NCBI RefSeq assembly: GCF_009914755.1
Contig: NC_060926.1
Direction: 5' to 3' (one strand)
DNA: 64,000 nucleotides
Origin: the human T2T-CHM13v2.0 reference genome, Homo sapiens
The translations under genes were made by a program, and so were the position numbers. Shown one piece after another: positions 18,132-34,578 of this stretch (position 1 is its first letter; every line of letters starts with the position of its first letter). The notes below the pieces were generated by a model. The model worked only from the letters and a program-made list of their open reading frames with translations. It did no database searches and had not been told where the DNA came from.

Positions 18132-19404
18132 TAATGTGGGGCTGAGAGGGCTGAGGAATTAATACCGTTCTCCTCCCCGCTGAGTTCTGAGCCACCTGAG
18201 AGATAAAGTAAGAGTCGAAAGATGTGGCATCAGAGTACAGCAACGGCGGGCTCAATACTGAACCCCAGCATTGGGCAGACATGCCTCCCCAGCCATGGGC
18301 AGTGCTGGATGACCATAGGCTCTCTCGCTCAGCAGCCTGCCCGGCAAAATTCAGGGAGGGCCAGCGAGGGCTGAGGGACAGAGCGGAATGTGTGTTAGAG
18401 GCAGGGAGCTGGCGCTCCAGAGGGGCAGGCAGAAGACGCTGAGTTTCATATGCCCAGTTCTCCCAGTTCGCCAGTTAGGTAACTCAGCTCACCCAGAGGA
18501 GTGTGCGCTGGGGTAGGGGGCCATCTTGTCGGAATTCAGGGTTGTGCCTCTGAGGTCACCAGATATATGTTTGATTTTGAATATTTGTCTTAGGTACAGT
18601 CTTAGATGCTCACAGAAGACACTTTGTAATTATAGAGACTTGTGTGACAAAGAGAAAGTTAAGAGTCACTGCTGATTCTGGTGTTAGTGAAAAGTAAAGT
18701 TGGGCTCCTGGAGGTTATGAGAACCTTTCAGGAGCTTCACGAGAGGCTGAGAGAGTGCCCAGATTGAGAAACCGGCTTAAAATAAGCAGCAGATGGCAGT
18801 AAAAGGAGTCACATTGCAGATTTCCTACGAGGCAGGTCAAAAAGTAAGTGCTAACACCCCCCAGATTAACTTAATCAGGCCAATTGTCTCCCAAACAGAA
18901 TGGAATATTCAGGAGGCATCAAAGGAGCATTTGTTACAGGCTTTAGTAGATGGCATATTGAGGAAAATAGAACCCCTGAGGTCAGGGACAGAGAGCCACA
19001 GGGAGATGCTGGGTGTGGCCGTTTTGTCAACAGAGAATCCACAGAAAACCCGGTAGACAATCCTTGGGCCCAATAAGAAAGTGCCTCTTTCCCAAGTTGG
19101 GGCCTCAGCAAAAGGGAAGTTTAGAGCCCAAGCCTATTTCCAGGATCTATTTTTTAATATAACCAAAAATGGATAGATTTGCTTCAGGGAATTTATCCTA
19201 AGGAAATAATAGGACTAGTAGTCCATGGTGTATGCAGATGTTCATCACACTATTGTTTGTTAATAGCAAAACGTTAAAAATGGTCTAAATTTCTATCATA
19301 AGGGAATTCATTAAATAAATTATGTTATCCATACAATGTCATATCCCGTAGCCATTACAATGGTGAGGTAGATCAGTACTGATATAAATAAAATGGTATT
19401 TTAA

Positions 19405-19821
<417 letters not shown>

Positions 19822-20256
19822 TGAATAGAAAGAAAGAAAATACACTGTAGGCAAGGTGATTTTTTCTTTTTGCTTGTATACACTTCTAATTTTCCTAGAA
19901 TGCACCGGACAGACTTGTTTCAATGAAAGCACAATGTTCAAGGCAAACAAATAAACAAAAATGGGCAGTTTGGATACACTTTTTACTCAAGGTGACTTAA
20001 TTTCATTCTCATCTCTCCTAAGCCAACGACCTTCATCCTACCAGTGCTAACACTGGGAACTTCCCATTCACTTCACAGGGAAGAATAAACACGTGAATCT
20101 ACACGGGTTCTCTCAACCTTCTGACCTTGTGCCACTTGCTCCTTTTATAGCCTCAGTCCTGGCCTCCGTCCAGAGGTTCCTCTGCTTTGGACTCTGCATT
20201 CTTGGCTTGTGCGTTCTGCCTTTTGCATTTTCTCTCTAAAAGACTTAGATGCTGTG

Positions 20257-20753
<497 letters not shown>

Positions 20754-20992
20754 GTAACTGAGTGTGAACAAGACAGAATGGAATTTTGTTTGGCTTTTTG
20801 TTATTTGGGTGATGGGGGAAATAACAGGTATCATCTTTCTCTCAAATTCAAGTCTTCTGCTTTATTATTTATTGTATATCACCCAATAGCTTTTATTTTT
20901 TTCCCTCTACACCTTAACGTGTTATTCATCTATATTCACCAAGTGTTACTTTCTCACGTCTGTAACGTTGTGCACTCACACTTTGCTATTTC

Positions 20993-21290
20993 TTTTTTTT
21001 TTTTTTTTGAGACAGAGTCTCGCTCTGTTGCCCAGGCTGGAGTGCAATGGCGCTATCTCAGCTCACTGTAACCTCCACCTCCCAGGTTCAAGCGATTCTG
21101 CCTGCCTCAGCCTCCCAAGTAGCTGGGATTACAGGCACCCGCTACCACGCCTGGATAATTTTTGTATTTTAGTAGAGATGGGGTTTCGCCATGATGGCCA
21201 TGCTGGTCTCGAACTCCTGACCTCAGGTGATCCGCCCACCTTGGCCTCCCAAAGTGCTAGGATTACAGGTGTGAGCCACCATGCCCAGCC
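20993..21290 (-). mobile_element. Alu
   Basis: Antisense dimer; TSD cacactttgctatt. Confidence 0.9.
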
Positions 21291-21583
21291 ACACTTTGCT
21301 ATTGCTATTGAGTGCCATCCTGTCTATTCGGCATGCTCTCCTGATTGTCCTGGCCATGCTCCCACTGGACATTCTCCTGTTTTCTGAGGTGTCCACCATC
21401 CATTCTGTTCCCTGCCACCTTCTTCACTCCCAGGTCTTAGTCCCTCCCTGCCGTGTAAGACTATCTATGGGAGCAAGCAATGCAGTGACCATACATTACT
21501 TTCAGACTCATCGGAGCATCTCTTCTTTCTGTAATATTTCCTAGCCCAGGAAAAAAACTGCATCTGTTTTCTGTTTGTTCCAG

Positions 21584-22587
21584 ACTGGGAAACTAAGCCT
21601 GAGATTCACGATGCTTCAGACAAAAAATCAGAAGGATCATTGAGGGAATGCCTTGGAAGGCAAAGTCCTCTGTGTCCTAAATTTGAAGTTCATACACCCA
21701 ATGGCAGGATGGGAACAGAAAAGCAAAGCCCTTCAGGGGAGACTCGTAAGAAATCCCTCTCCCGGGACAAAGGCTTGCGGCGACGGTCAGCCCTGTCCAG
21801 GGAAATTCTCACTAAAGAGAGACACCAGGAATGCAGTGACTGTGGGAAGACCTTTTTTGACCACTCATCCCTCACCCGCCATCAGAGGACTCACACTGGG
21901 GAGAAGCCCTACGACTGCCGCGAGTGTGGGAAAGCCTTCAGCCACAGGAGCAGCCTCAGCAGACATCTGATGTCACACACTGGGGAGAGCCCCTACGAGT
22001 GCAGTGTGTGCTCAAAAGCCTTCTTTGACCGTTCGTCCCTAACTGTCCATCAGCGAATTCACACTGGAGAGAAACCCTTTCAGTGCAACGAGTGTGGAAA
22101 AGCCTTTTTTGACCGTTCATCCCTTACTCGACACCAGAGAATTCACACTGGAGAAAGTCCTTATGAATGTCATCAGTGTGGGAAAGCCTTTAGCCAGAAA
22201 AGTATTCTTACTCGCCATCAGCTAATCCACACTGGCAGGAAGCCTTATGAGTGTAACGAGTGCGGGAAAGCTTTCTATGGTGTCTCGTCTCTGAATAGAC
22301 ATCAGAAAGCTCATGCTGGGGACCCTCGCTATCAGTGTAACGAGTGTGGCAAAGCTTTCTTTGACCGCTCATCCCTTACACAGCATCAGAAGATCCACAC
22401 TGGAGACAAGCCATATGAATGCAGCGAATGCGGGAAAGCCTTTAGCCAGCGGTGCCGGCTCACGCGGCATCAGCGTGTCCACACGGGAGAGAAGCCCTTT
22501 GAATGCACTGTGTGTGGGAAAGTTTTCAGTTCAAAATCTTCTGTTATTCAACATCAACGGCGTTACGCCAAACAGGGAATAGACTGA
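21584..22587 (+). CDS. ZNF2: ZNF2 last coding exon: spacer + 8 canonical C2H2 fingers + 1 degenerate finger (ends [11 protein letters not shown])
   Basis: ttccag|AC TGG GAA acceptor, in frame with ORF 21640-22587. Exon sum 33+127+114+1004 = 1278 nt = 425 aa, matching the recalled ZNF2 protein. Confidence 0.96.
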
Positions 22588-24044
22588 GTTGGGCAAAAGC
22601 TTGGGTAGGACAAGAACTTCCATACAAATTTGAGATAGATCTCGCCTGTCTTAAAGCTGCCATTTGCTCATTCTACCCACTCTGGCTGCCGTTGTCCTGT
22701 CCTGCTTCTGCGCCAGAGTGTTTAATAAGCACTCCCTTCCTGCTGTGTTATAGAACTGTAGGGGAGGCCATGGAAATGACTCTAAAGATACAAAATTTTG
22801 AAGAGGTTTGTCAGACAATAGGATAGATGTTAGGAGGAGACACACCTCTTGTCTGAGAACCTAGGCCCCAGGTATCACTGCACTTTAAGAAACTGGAGGC
22901 TGCAACAGGAGGGAAAGGCAGAATGATATCACAGCAGTACTATTTTTTTTTTTCAGAACATTTGTTTTGATGGCTGTTAGTCCCCCTCTCTTGGAGCATT
23001 TTGGGGCACTAATCTTGTTCTCTTGTGTCCCAGCTTTTAGACCTCTTACTTCCACTGCTAGTAGCTAGCACTTACTGAGCACCTGCGATGAGGTAAAGAC
23101 TCAGCTAAGGGTTTTACAGGAAGTAGATTAATTGATCCTGTCACCAACCATATGAAGTAGGCACTGTTACCATCTGCATCTCCAGATGAGCACCCTGAGG
23201 TTTAGAGAGATTAAATCACTTGCCCAAGGTGAACCAGCTGGTAAAAGGTGATGCCAGGTCTTGAAGACAGGTCCACCTTCAAAATCTATTCTCTTTACCA
23301 TTATGCTCGATGGTTTGTTTGTTTTATAATTTATGTATATGTATTATCCTCTCAACTAGATTGTAAGCACTTGGAGGTGTGACTTACAGGTCTTTGTATC
23401 TCACACAGTGCCTTGCTAATAGGTGCTCAATAAATATTTATATGAGTGAATGACTTTTCTACTTACCAAATTCTCTCCATTCAGAACACCTCTTGGATTT
23501 GCATACTTTCTCTGAATTCACAGCCCAGCCTATACTTTTATCATCCCCAGCTCCCACTCCTGGCAGCAGTAGCTTTCTAATTCCAGTTCTTCCTGCTTTA
23601 TTGAAGAGGGATGTGCTAAGCTGTGGTACAGTAACAAGCCCGCAGAGAGCTATGTCTCCCTTAAAACCTGACGGGAACCATTCTGTCTTATTCTATCCTC
23701 ATTATTTGGAACATCTGGCTTCCAAAGTCACCACAAGGGCGGAAGAGAAAGCTAGAGGAATTTGTAGGATATTTTCTTAGACCCAGGCTTACATCACTTC
23801 TGTCCACATCTAATAAGCCAGAACCCAGCACCTAGAAGCTAGGAAAGTAAACAAGCACCTCGAAAGTTGGTTAATACCAAGAACCTCTCTCACAGTTATA
23901 TTTTGCATACTACTGTTAAGCCAGTCTTTGCAAATGACCCCTTCCTGCCCATCACTGCCTTCCTCAAGACCTAAAATAGCTCCCTATTTAGTGAAAAATT
24001 ATCTGAATATTTAAGGTCTGCCTTAACGTGATCCCCATTGCTGA

Positions 24045-24399
<355 letters not shown>

Positions 24400-24775
24400 T
24401 ATATTTTTATTTTATTAAAGGTTAGGCACTAGATGACCTTGACTCTAGGCATCTGCATTCTCTTGATCTTTGCTTAGGGTGAAGCTCAGAAAAGGACTTG
24501 GTTCTGAAAGGCTGTCTGGAATTAGATTGTCCTACGTGATTCCCAGTGAATTGAGATGAATTTCCTCTGGAAGTTCAAGTCGGATTCGAGAAGCTGAATT
24601 ACCAAACAGACCCTCCCCAACCTACTAACGACCCTATTACTCTGTTCACCCTAGAGCAGACGAACGGCAGGGAAGACTTGATCTGTGGACTTTTGAAAGC
24701 AACTTGAGGAAAAACACATAACAGAATCTATAGGTGTGGACAATATGTGATATTGCTAAATAATGTCAAGTAGGA

Positions 24776-24781
24776 AATAAA
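24776..24781 (+). terminator. ZNF2: Candidate ZNF2 polyadenylation signal AATAAA (an alternative AATAAA lies at about 23429)
   Basis: Hexamer followed by U/GU-rich sequence; which site is used is not determinable from sequence. Confidence 0.5.
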
Positions 24782-25390
24782 AGAGACTATTGACAAACTT
24801 TTGGCTGATGACTGTCCCTGGGAGTTCTGAATTTTTACTGCCTTGTTAAAAGTAAATTGAGGGTCAGGTATTTCTCTAATACATTCTACCATTTTCAGCA
24901 AGATGAGATTGGAACAAATTTAGGATTCCAATGGACATCTTTTTTACTCTATTATCCTTAGAAAAGATACCAATGGACTTTTGAGCACAGTAGTAATGGA
25001 GACAGAGTGGGGATATGGATTTGATAGTTTTCTCTTTGTTTCCCATTTAAATTTGGTTATCAGAGCTTTTTTTTTTTAATGTGGATACTGTTCCACTTCC
25101 TTCTAAAAACAGGAAATGGCCATTTTACCTTTTAATTAATATCTCCCAATATGGCATGTAGTAGTGGAGACCTTAAATTTTGAGGTATTGGCTTCACCTA
25201 ATGGCCATTAGTAGGATGAAACCTTGGAATTAGAAATTGATCAAATTGGAAGAATATCAGCATTCTTAAGGTATAAAGCAAAAATGACTGGATAGTGTTT
25301 GCAGGGGTTTGAGCCTCAAAGAAATGAAGTAATATCACTGATGTCAAGCTTTAAAAGGAGTTTCAAAGAAATAATATTACTGATGACAAG

Positions 25391-25695
25391 TTTTTGTTTT
25401 TTGTTTGTTTCATTTGAGACAGAGTCTCGCACTGTCGCCCAGGCTGGAGTGCAGTGGAGTGATCTCGGCTACTGCAACCTCCGCCTCCCAGGTTCAAGCA
25501 ATTCTCCCACCTCAGCCTCCCAAGTAGCTGGGAATACAGGTGCCCGCCACCATGCCCGGCTAATTTTTTGTATTTTTAGTAGAGACGGGGTTTCACTATG
25601 TTGGTCAGGTTGGTTTTGAACGCCTGACCTCATGATCCACCCGCCACCACCTCCCAAAGTGCTGGGGTTACAGGTGTGAGCCACTGCGCCCAGCC
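25391..25695 (-). mobile_element. Alu
   Basis: Antisense dimer. Confidence 0.9.
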
Positions 25696-26775
25696 AAACT
25701 CTAAGTTTTAAGAGAGAATTGAGTGCTTGCCACACAAAGGCACAGAAGCATTCCATGAATCAAAAGAAAGGTTGGCAATGATAGAGAATCTTGCGATGGA
25801 AAGAATATGGCAGATGGCAGAAAGCTGGGCACCGCAGCCTGGCACAGACAGTTGGCAGGCCCACCAATCCCAGAAATGCATCTGGGGTGTCATGATGCCA
25901 GGGGGCCAGTGGGAGGGTTGGCCAGCTTCTGGGCTCAGGCACACCCACCCCCTCCTCCTCAGGCCTGCATTTCTAAGAATAACCCCCTCTGCAAGTCTTA
26001 CATAATAAATCACACAGAGCTGAAGAAGGAAGCAAAGATACCAGGTGCCAGCCATTAGACAAGATAAATATGTTCATTTTCAATAACCAGCTATAACCGA
26101 TTCCTCAGGAAGTCTAAGAGATTGACTGCAGTGGATGTCAAGTTCCTAAGTGGTCTATGTTATTGAGGCAAGACTCCTGTGGTAAAAAGAAAGTTAAAGT
26201 AGGTATGTTGAGTTGGGTGATGGGGATCCTAGTGAGGGGGCTTCTCTGAAATGCTTTTACGAGGGTTTGAGTGGATTGGGAAATGTATAAACAGAGTGAC
26301 CATTATAATTTGAAATCCGAAATGCTCCAAAATGTGAAGTTTTTGAGTGCTGAGCTAAAGTCACAAGTGGAAAATTCCACATCTGATCTCATGTGATGGG
26401 TCACAGGAAGATCAAGATTTAACGGGCGTGAAGACAGGACGAGACTTCAAAGGAGAAGGAGTAGATGGAGATAGAGAGGTCAGAGAAATGCCAGGGGACA
26501 GCCGTGTCACAGAAGTCAAAAGATTTTCAAGAAAGAGGGAATGGTCAAAAAGCACTCAAAGTTGCCAAGTAATCAAGGAAGACAAAGCCTGAGAAAGCTC
26601 CACTGGAGTTTATCAGTGACATTTAGCAGTGATATTTACAGAGTTAGAAAGATGATGATATATTGCGAAATGATAAAAGCAGGTTACAAAATGTTTGGAA
26701 CTTGAATACATTTACAATATAGTTCCATATATATGCATGGAAAAAGAAGGACCAACACCAAGATATTACCCCTAA

Positions 26776-27831
<1,056 letters not shown>

Positions 27832-28154
27832 TATCTCCTTTTTATACTTCCTAGTTGTCTCCAGTGAACATGGAATGTTTTAAAATATTTTTAAAACTGC
27901 AAATAAAATGAGGAAGCACATTTTAAAATATATGGAGTAATGAACACCAAATTTAGTACAGTGGTTACCTCATGGAGGGGAAGAGAGGAGATGAGGGAGG
28001 GGCTTCAATCTTAGTGTTAATGTTTATTTCTTAAATTAGGTGGTGGGTCCATAGGTGTTTGCTTGTCTTTATGCTTCTTGTATGTCTTATGCATTTCATA
28101 ATGCATTTAGAAACTAAATACAGAAAATGAAGACTTTATAAATTTCACTGTTAC

Positions 28155-28473
<319 letters not shown>

Positions 28474-29012
28474 TAAAAGCCAAAGCCATCATAATTTATC
28501 TTTTTAAGGATTTCTAAAAAACTGTTCATTGATGTTTATAGTTGTGTTTTATATTATCTAAAACTCTTCCAGTTGAATTTGTATTTTCATCAAAATCAAC
28601 AAAATTGCACAGAAATATAATTAACGGATACAAATTCATTATTTTTAAAGCTATAAAAGAAAATGGCTTCATGGGGTTGTTCCTGAGGTGTGGAACCTTC
28701 TCCATATTCCACTGCTCTAAGCCAAGAACTTTCCCTCAACCCACAAGAACACCAGGTCCACATGGGGGACATTCCCAGATATTCATCAGGGAAAGAACAC
28801 GTGAACCACTTCAAAGAGACCTAACTCAGATTTTCTAGAAAGTTGCCCTGACTTCCCTTTAGAGAGCTGTGTATGTGATTCTGGAAAGTAGCATATGCTT
28901 TCTGGACAGTTTCATGTTCCCCCCTAGAAAGTAAGGCACTGCTACTAGACCCTGAGGTGGCCATGGGTTTCTATCCTAAACAGCCATTTCTCATTCTGTT
29001 CTTTGTGAACAG

Positions 29013-29126
29013 GACTTTTATTTCCTAAACCTGATGTGATTTTCCAGTTGAATGGAGGTGGAGAGCCATGGAAACTTGATATACAGGAAGGTGAAGTGAG
29101 AGAGGGTGCAGGAAGTACTTCTGTAG
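29013..29126 (+). pseudogene. KRAB-B exon of a ZNF2-paralog pseudogene (114 nt, open frame GLLFPKPDVIFQLNGGGEPWKLDIQEGEVREGAGSTSV)
   Basis: Same length and phase as the ZNF2 KRAB-B exon and shares PDVIFQL; intact aacag| acceptor; donor reads GCATGT instead of GT. Confidence 0.85.
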
Positions 29127-29192
29127 GCATGTGTGGATGGGCAGATGGGATTTAGTGGAAGGTTCACATAGAGACCCCTCCTTGGGGTCTCA

Positions 29193-30411
<1,219 letters not shown>

Positions 30412-30543
30412 TAGGAGCTATCCTGTCTCCCTGCTTATTCCCTGAGTTTACACTCCTCTACCTGTAGCAAGCTGCCCTGGTCATTCCCTCTTCTATAGTT
30501 CTGTGCATATCTCCTATTTTTCTTCATATACCTCTTTTCGAAA

Positions 30544-30595
30544 TGGCTGTTCACATGATTAACTTCTTTTGGCTGTTCACATGATTAACTTCTTT
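30544..30595. repeat. Perfect 26-bp tandem duplication TGGCTGTTCACATGATTAACTTCTTT x2
   Basis: Read directly. Confidence 0.95.
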
Positions 30596-31470
30596 CTTTC
30601 AGATCTTAGTTTAAACATCAATTCTAGATGACCACTCTTAAGGATCTCTCTGAAGCCCCTACTCCAACTCCTACTCATTATTTCCTTCACTACACTCATC
30701 ACCATCTGTTATAGTTTGTTTGTTTCTTTGCCATCTGTGTAGTAGAATATAAGCATCATGAGGGCAGGGACTCTGGCTGTCTTAGGCATTCGTGTTTCAG
30801 TGACTTACTGTGCCCAGCACTTAACAGGCACACTAAATGATAAATAGCTAATGCATGAATAACTGAAACGTGTTTAGTGGGCTAAATGCCCACTTTCCAC
30901 TTCTAATCTCTATTTCTCTTTTCCTTTGCTATTTTTCACTCTGTCCCTGTTGTTTTTCTTTTAAGGAGCTACCAATCAATCAGCCAGTATTTTGTATTTG
31001 TTCTTAACACATACAATACTTTCTTCTTAACTAGCACTCAAAGCTTTGATCTCTATTTGCTATTTATTTTAGACCAGAAGACTAGATCTAAGAGCCAGGA
31101 CTCCACTCAAAGGCAGGATGTTTCTAAAAAAATAAAATCACTAAATACATTAATGAAAAACTCTGAAAAGATTTTCCACTGGGTCCTGCACTTATCCCTG
31201 AAAAGCCTGAGCGCAGAAAGAAGAAAAACCATTCAGGGAAACGCTGAAGAAATCTGCGCCCAAGGAGAAGGACTGAGGCAAAGATCTACTCTTGCCAAGA
31301 AAACTAACAGTAAGGGGAGGAACTTTGAATGCAGCATGTATGGGAAGACCCCATATAACCACGTAGTCGTCACCCACCATCAGAGGACTCACAGTGGAGG
31401 AAAGCCCCATGACTGTCAGGAATGCAGAAAAGCCTTTAGCTGTAGGAGTCTTAAGAAAAACCTGATGTCA

Positions 31471-31589
31471 GCCAGTGGTTCATGCCTGTAATCCCAGAAT
31501 TTGGGAGGATCACTTGCGCCTACGAGTTTGAGACCAGCTTGAGCAACATAGTGAGACCTTGTCTCTATAACATTAGTTAAAATCGAAAA
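31471..31589 (+). mobile_element. FLAM-like Alu monomer inside finger 2 of the pseudogene
   Basis: 18-bp TSD aagaaa(a/c)acctgatgtca at 31453-31470 and 31590-31607; AGCAACATAGTGAGACC motif. Confidence 0.88.
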
Positions 31590-31816
31590 AAGAAACACCT
31601 GATGTCACACACTGGGAAGAGCCCCTTTGAATGCAATGAAAACTTTCTACAACTGATTAACCCTTACTGGGCATCAGTGAACTCATACTGGAGAAAGTCC
31701 TTATGAATGCACAGAGTGTGGGGAATCCTTCAGTGGGAAAGTTATTCTGACTGGCCACAGCAAACCCGCCCTGGAGAGTGGCCCTAGGAATGCAGGGGTA
31801 GGGTAGAGCTCTGTTG

Positions 31817-32846
31817 TGTAGGGAAAAGAAAGAGAGATCAGACTGTCACTGTGTCTACGTAGAAAGGAAAGACATAAGAGACTCCATTTTGAAAAAGACC
31901 TGTACTTTAAACAGTTGCTTTGCTGAGATGTTGTTAATTTGTAGCTTTGCCCCAGCCACTTTGACCCAGCAACTTTGACCCAACTTGGAGCTCACAAAAA
32001 CATGTGTTGTATAAAATCAAGGTGTAAGGGACCTAGGGCTGTGCAGGACGTGCCTTGTTAACAAAATGTTTACAAGCAGTATACTTGGTAAAGGTCATCG
32101 CCATTCTCTAGTCTCAATAAACCAGGGGCACAATGCACTGTGGAAAGCCGCAGGGACCTCTGCCCTTGAAAGCGGGGTATTGTCCAAGGTTTCTCCCCAT
32201 GTGATAGTCTGAAATATGGCCTCGTGGGATGAGAAAGACCTGACTGTCCCCCAGCCTGACACCCGTAAAGGGTCTGTGCTGAGGTGAATTAGTAAAAGAG
32301 GAAAGCCTCTTGCAGGTGAGATGGAGGAAGGCCACTGTCTCCTGCCTGCCCCTGGGAACTGAATGTCTCGGTGTAAAACCCGATTGTACATTTGTTCAAC
32401 TCTGAGATAGGAGAAAAGCTGCCCTGTGACGGGAGGCAAGACATGTTTACAGTAATACTGCCTTGTTATTCTTTACTCCACTGAGATGTTTGGGTGGAGA
32501 GAAACATAAATCTGGCCTACGTGCACGTCCAGGCATAGTAATTTCCCTTGAACTTAATTATGATATAGATACTTTTGCTCACATGTTTTCTGTTGACCTT
32601 CTCCTTATTATCACCCTGCTCTCCTACTACATTCCTTTTTGCTGAAATAATGAAAATAATAATCAGTAAAAACTAAGGGAACTCAGAGGCCGGTGCCGGT
32701 GCACGTCCTTGGTGTACTGAGTGCCGGTCCCCTGGGCCCACTATTGTTTCTCTATACTTTGTCTCTGTGTCTTATTTCTTTTCTCAGTCTCTTGTCCCAC
32801 CCGACTAGAAATACCCACAGGTGTGGAGGGGCAGGCCACCCCTTCA
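31817..32846 (+). mobile_element. HERV-K (HML-2) solo LTR, LTR5A-like, 1030 bp
   Basis: TGTAGGGAAAAGAAAGAGAGATCAG...GCAGGCCACCCCTTCA termini; TSD TGTTG on both sides. Confidence 0.92.
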
Positions 32847-33259
32847 TGTTGGACCATTCATCCCTCATTCGACACAGGACAGTGCACACTGTAGAGATGC
32901 ATCCCGAAGATAATGAGGGTGGGAAGGTTTTCTTTATGGCTCGTCCCTTAATCAGCAACAGAAAATTCATAGTGGAGACAAGCCCTATGAATGCATTGAA
33001 TGTAGGAAATCCTTCCTCCAGAAAAGATGGCTCATTCACCATCAGAGAGTGCACCCTGGAGAGAAGCTCCACGAGTGCAGCATGTGTGGGAAAGTTCTCA
33101 GTCGCAAGTCCTCTATCATCCAACATCAGTGATGTTTATGCCAAACAGGCTTCGGGGTACCATGGAGGTGCTTCAGCCAGACAAGCAGTCCCCAGAGAGA
33201 CTTAGCATGTTTTTGTTCAAGGTAATGACGATTTATGTTTGAGCACCTTCTATCAACTG

Positions 33260-34280
33260 TGTGGGTGGCAAGCCACCCAGGCACCGAGGCAAGAGACAGA
33301 AGACACGAGCTGTTCCAGTATAATAAAATATAAAACAAGAATTGTTATACCAGATATAGATCTTAGATATGATTATATATGAGTATCATTAATCATTAGT
33401 TGGTAGCAATTACTTTTTATTCCAATATTATGATAATCCTCACTCAATAATCATAGCCTAGGAAAAACCAGGCCATACAGAGATAGGAGCTGAGGGGACA
33501 TAGTGAGAAGTGACCAGAAGACGAGAGTGCGAGCCTTCTGTTATGCCCGGACAGGGCCACCAGAGGGCTCCTTAGTCTAGCGGTGACGCCAGCGTCTGGG
33601 AAGACGCCCGTCACCAAGCGGATCATGGTCCAGCAGTAGCAAAAGGTGTCAAGAAACAACACCCGCTACTTAGCAGACCGGGAAAGGTGGGGGGGGGGGG
33701 GGCGTCTCCCTTTCCCTGGGGGAGTTTAGAGAAGACTCTGCTCCTCCACCTCTTGTGGAGGGCCTGACATCAGTCAGTCTCGCCCGCAGTTATCCAGAGG
33801 CCTAACCGTCTCCCTGTGATGCTGTGCTTCAGTGGTCACGCTCCTAGTCCACCTTCATGTTCCATCCTGTACACCTGGCTCTGCCTTCCAGATAGCAGTA
33901 GTCAATTAGTGAAAATACTAATAGTCCCTGATATGCAGAAATAATGGTGTAAGCTGTCTTTCTCTTTGTCTCCTCTCCCTGTCTGCCTCGGCTGCCAGGC
34001 AGGGAAGGGCCCCCTATCCAGTGGACACGTGACCCACGTGACCTTACCTATCATTGGAGGTGACTCACATTCTTTACCCTGCCCCTTCTGCCTTGTATCC
34101 AATAAATAACAGCGCAGCCCGACATTCGGGGCCACTACCGGTCTCCGCGCATTGGTGGTAGTGGTCCCCCGGGCCCAGCTGCCTTTTCTCTTATCTCTTT
34201 GTCTTGTGTCTTTATTTCTACACTCTCTCGTCGCAGCACACAGGGAGAGACCCACCGACCCTGTGGGGCTGGTCCCTACA
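33260..34280 (+). mobile_element. LTR13-type (HERV-K13/HML-4) solo LTR, 1021 bp
   Basis: TGTGGGTGGCAAGCCACCCAGG...GGTCCCTACA termini; 6-bp TSD CAACTG; AATAAA at 34101. Confidence 0.88.
33554..33572 (+). promoter_or_regulatory. CTCF-like motif in LTR13
   Basis: GGCCACCAGAGGGCTC closely matches the CTCF core CCACCAGRGGGCGC. Confidence 0.6.
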
Positions 34281-34578
34281 CAACTGCTTATCCTTATGCC
34301 TCCATTTGGTACCACAGTCTTAATAAATAGTCTCAATTAACCATCCCATACACTTCATTGGGATATCTCAAATTTGAGATGATGCCTGGAGGATCCCCAA
34401 ATTGGTCAGAAGCTCTCCAATCAATATGCTTTGCAGGTGTTTGAAGGAGACCCTAAGATAGGGAACAGACATATTATGTATTTATTTATCGCAAGGCTGA
34501 ATGCTGCAGGAGAGCAAGAACTCCTTCATATCTGTGCATTGCTGTGTTCCCAGTGTGGGGCCTGGCACTCATCACGTA

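Larger units (their letters stand above)
31073..33155 (+). pseudogene. Zinc-finger exon of the ZNF2-paralog pseudogene, interrupted by a FLAM and an LTR5-type LTR
   Basis: Segments collinear with ZNF2: GLRQRSTL, HQRTHSGGKPHDCQECRKAFS, KHLMSHTG, QKIHSGDKPYECIECRKSF, HQRVHPGEKLHECSMCGKVLSRKSSIIQHQ*, YAKQ; stops and frameshifts present. Confidence 0.92.

Noticed and set aside
21653-22582. Alternative-frame ORFs overlapping the ZNF2 finger array (and likewise 55141-56004 in ZNF892)
   Set aside because: Shifted-frame ORFs are an expected by-product of repetitive C2H2 codon structure; there is no independent evidence for them.
26100-26215. Possible KRAB-A exon of the pseudogene (cctcag|GAA...)
   Set aside because: No recognisable FEDVAV, EEW or MLENY remnants.
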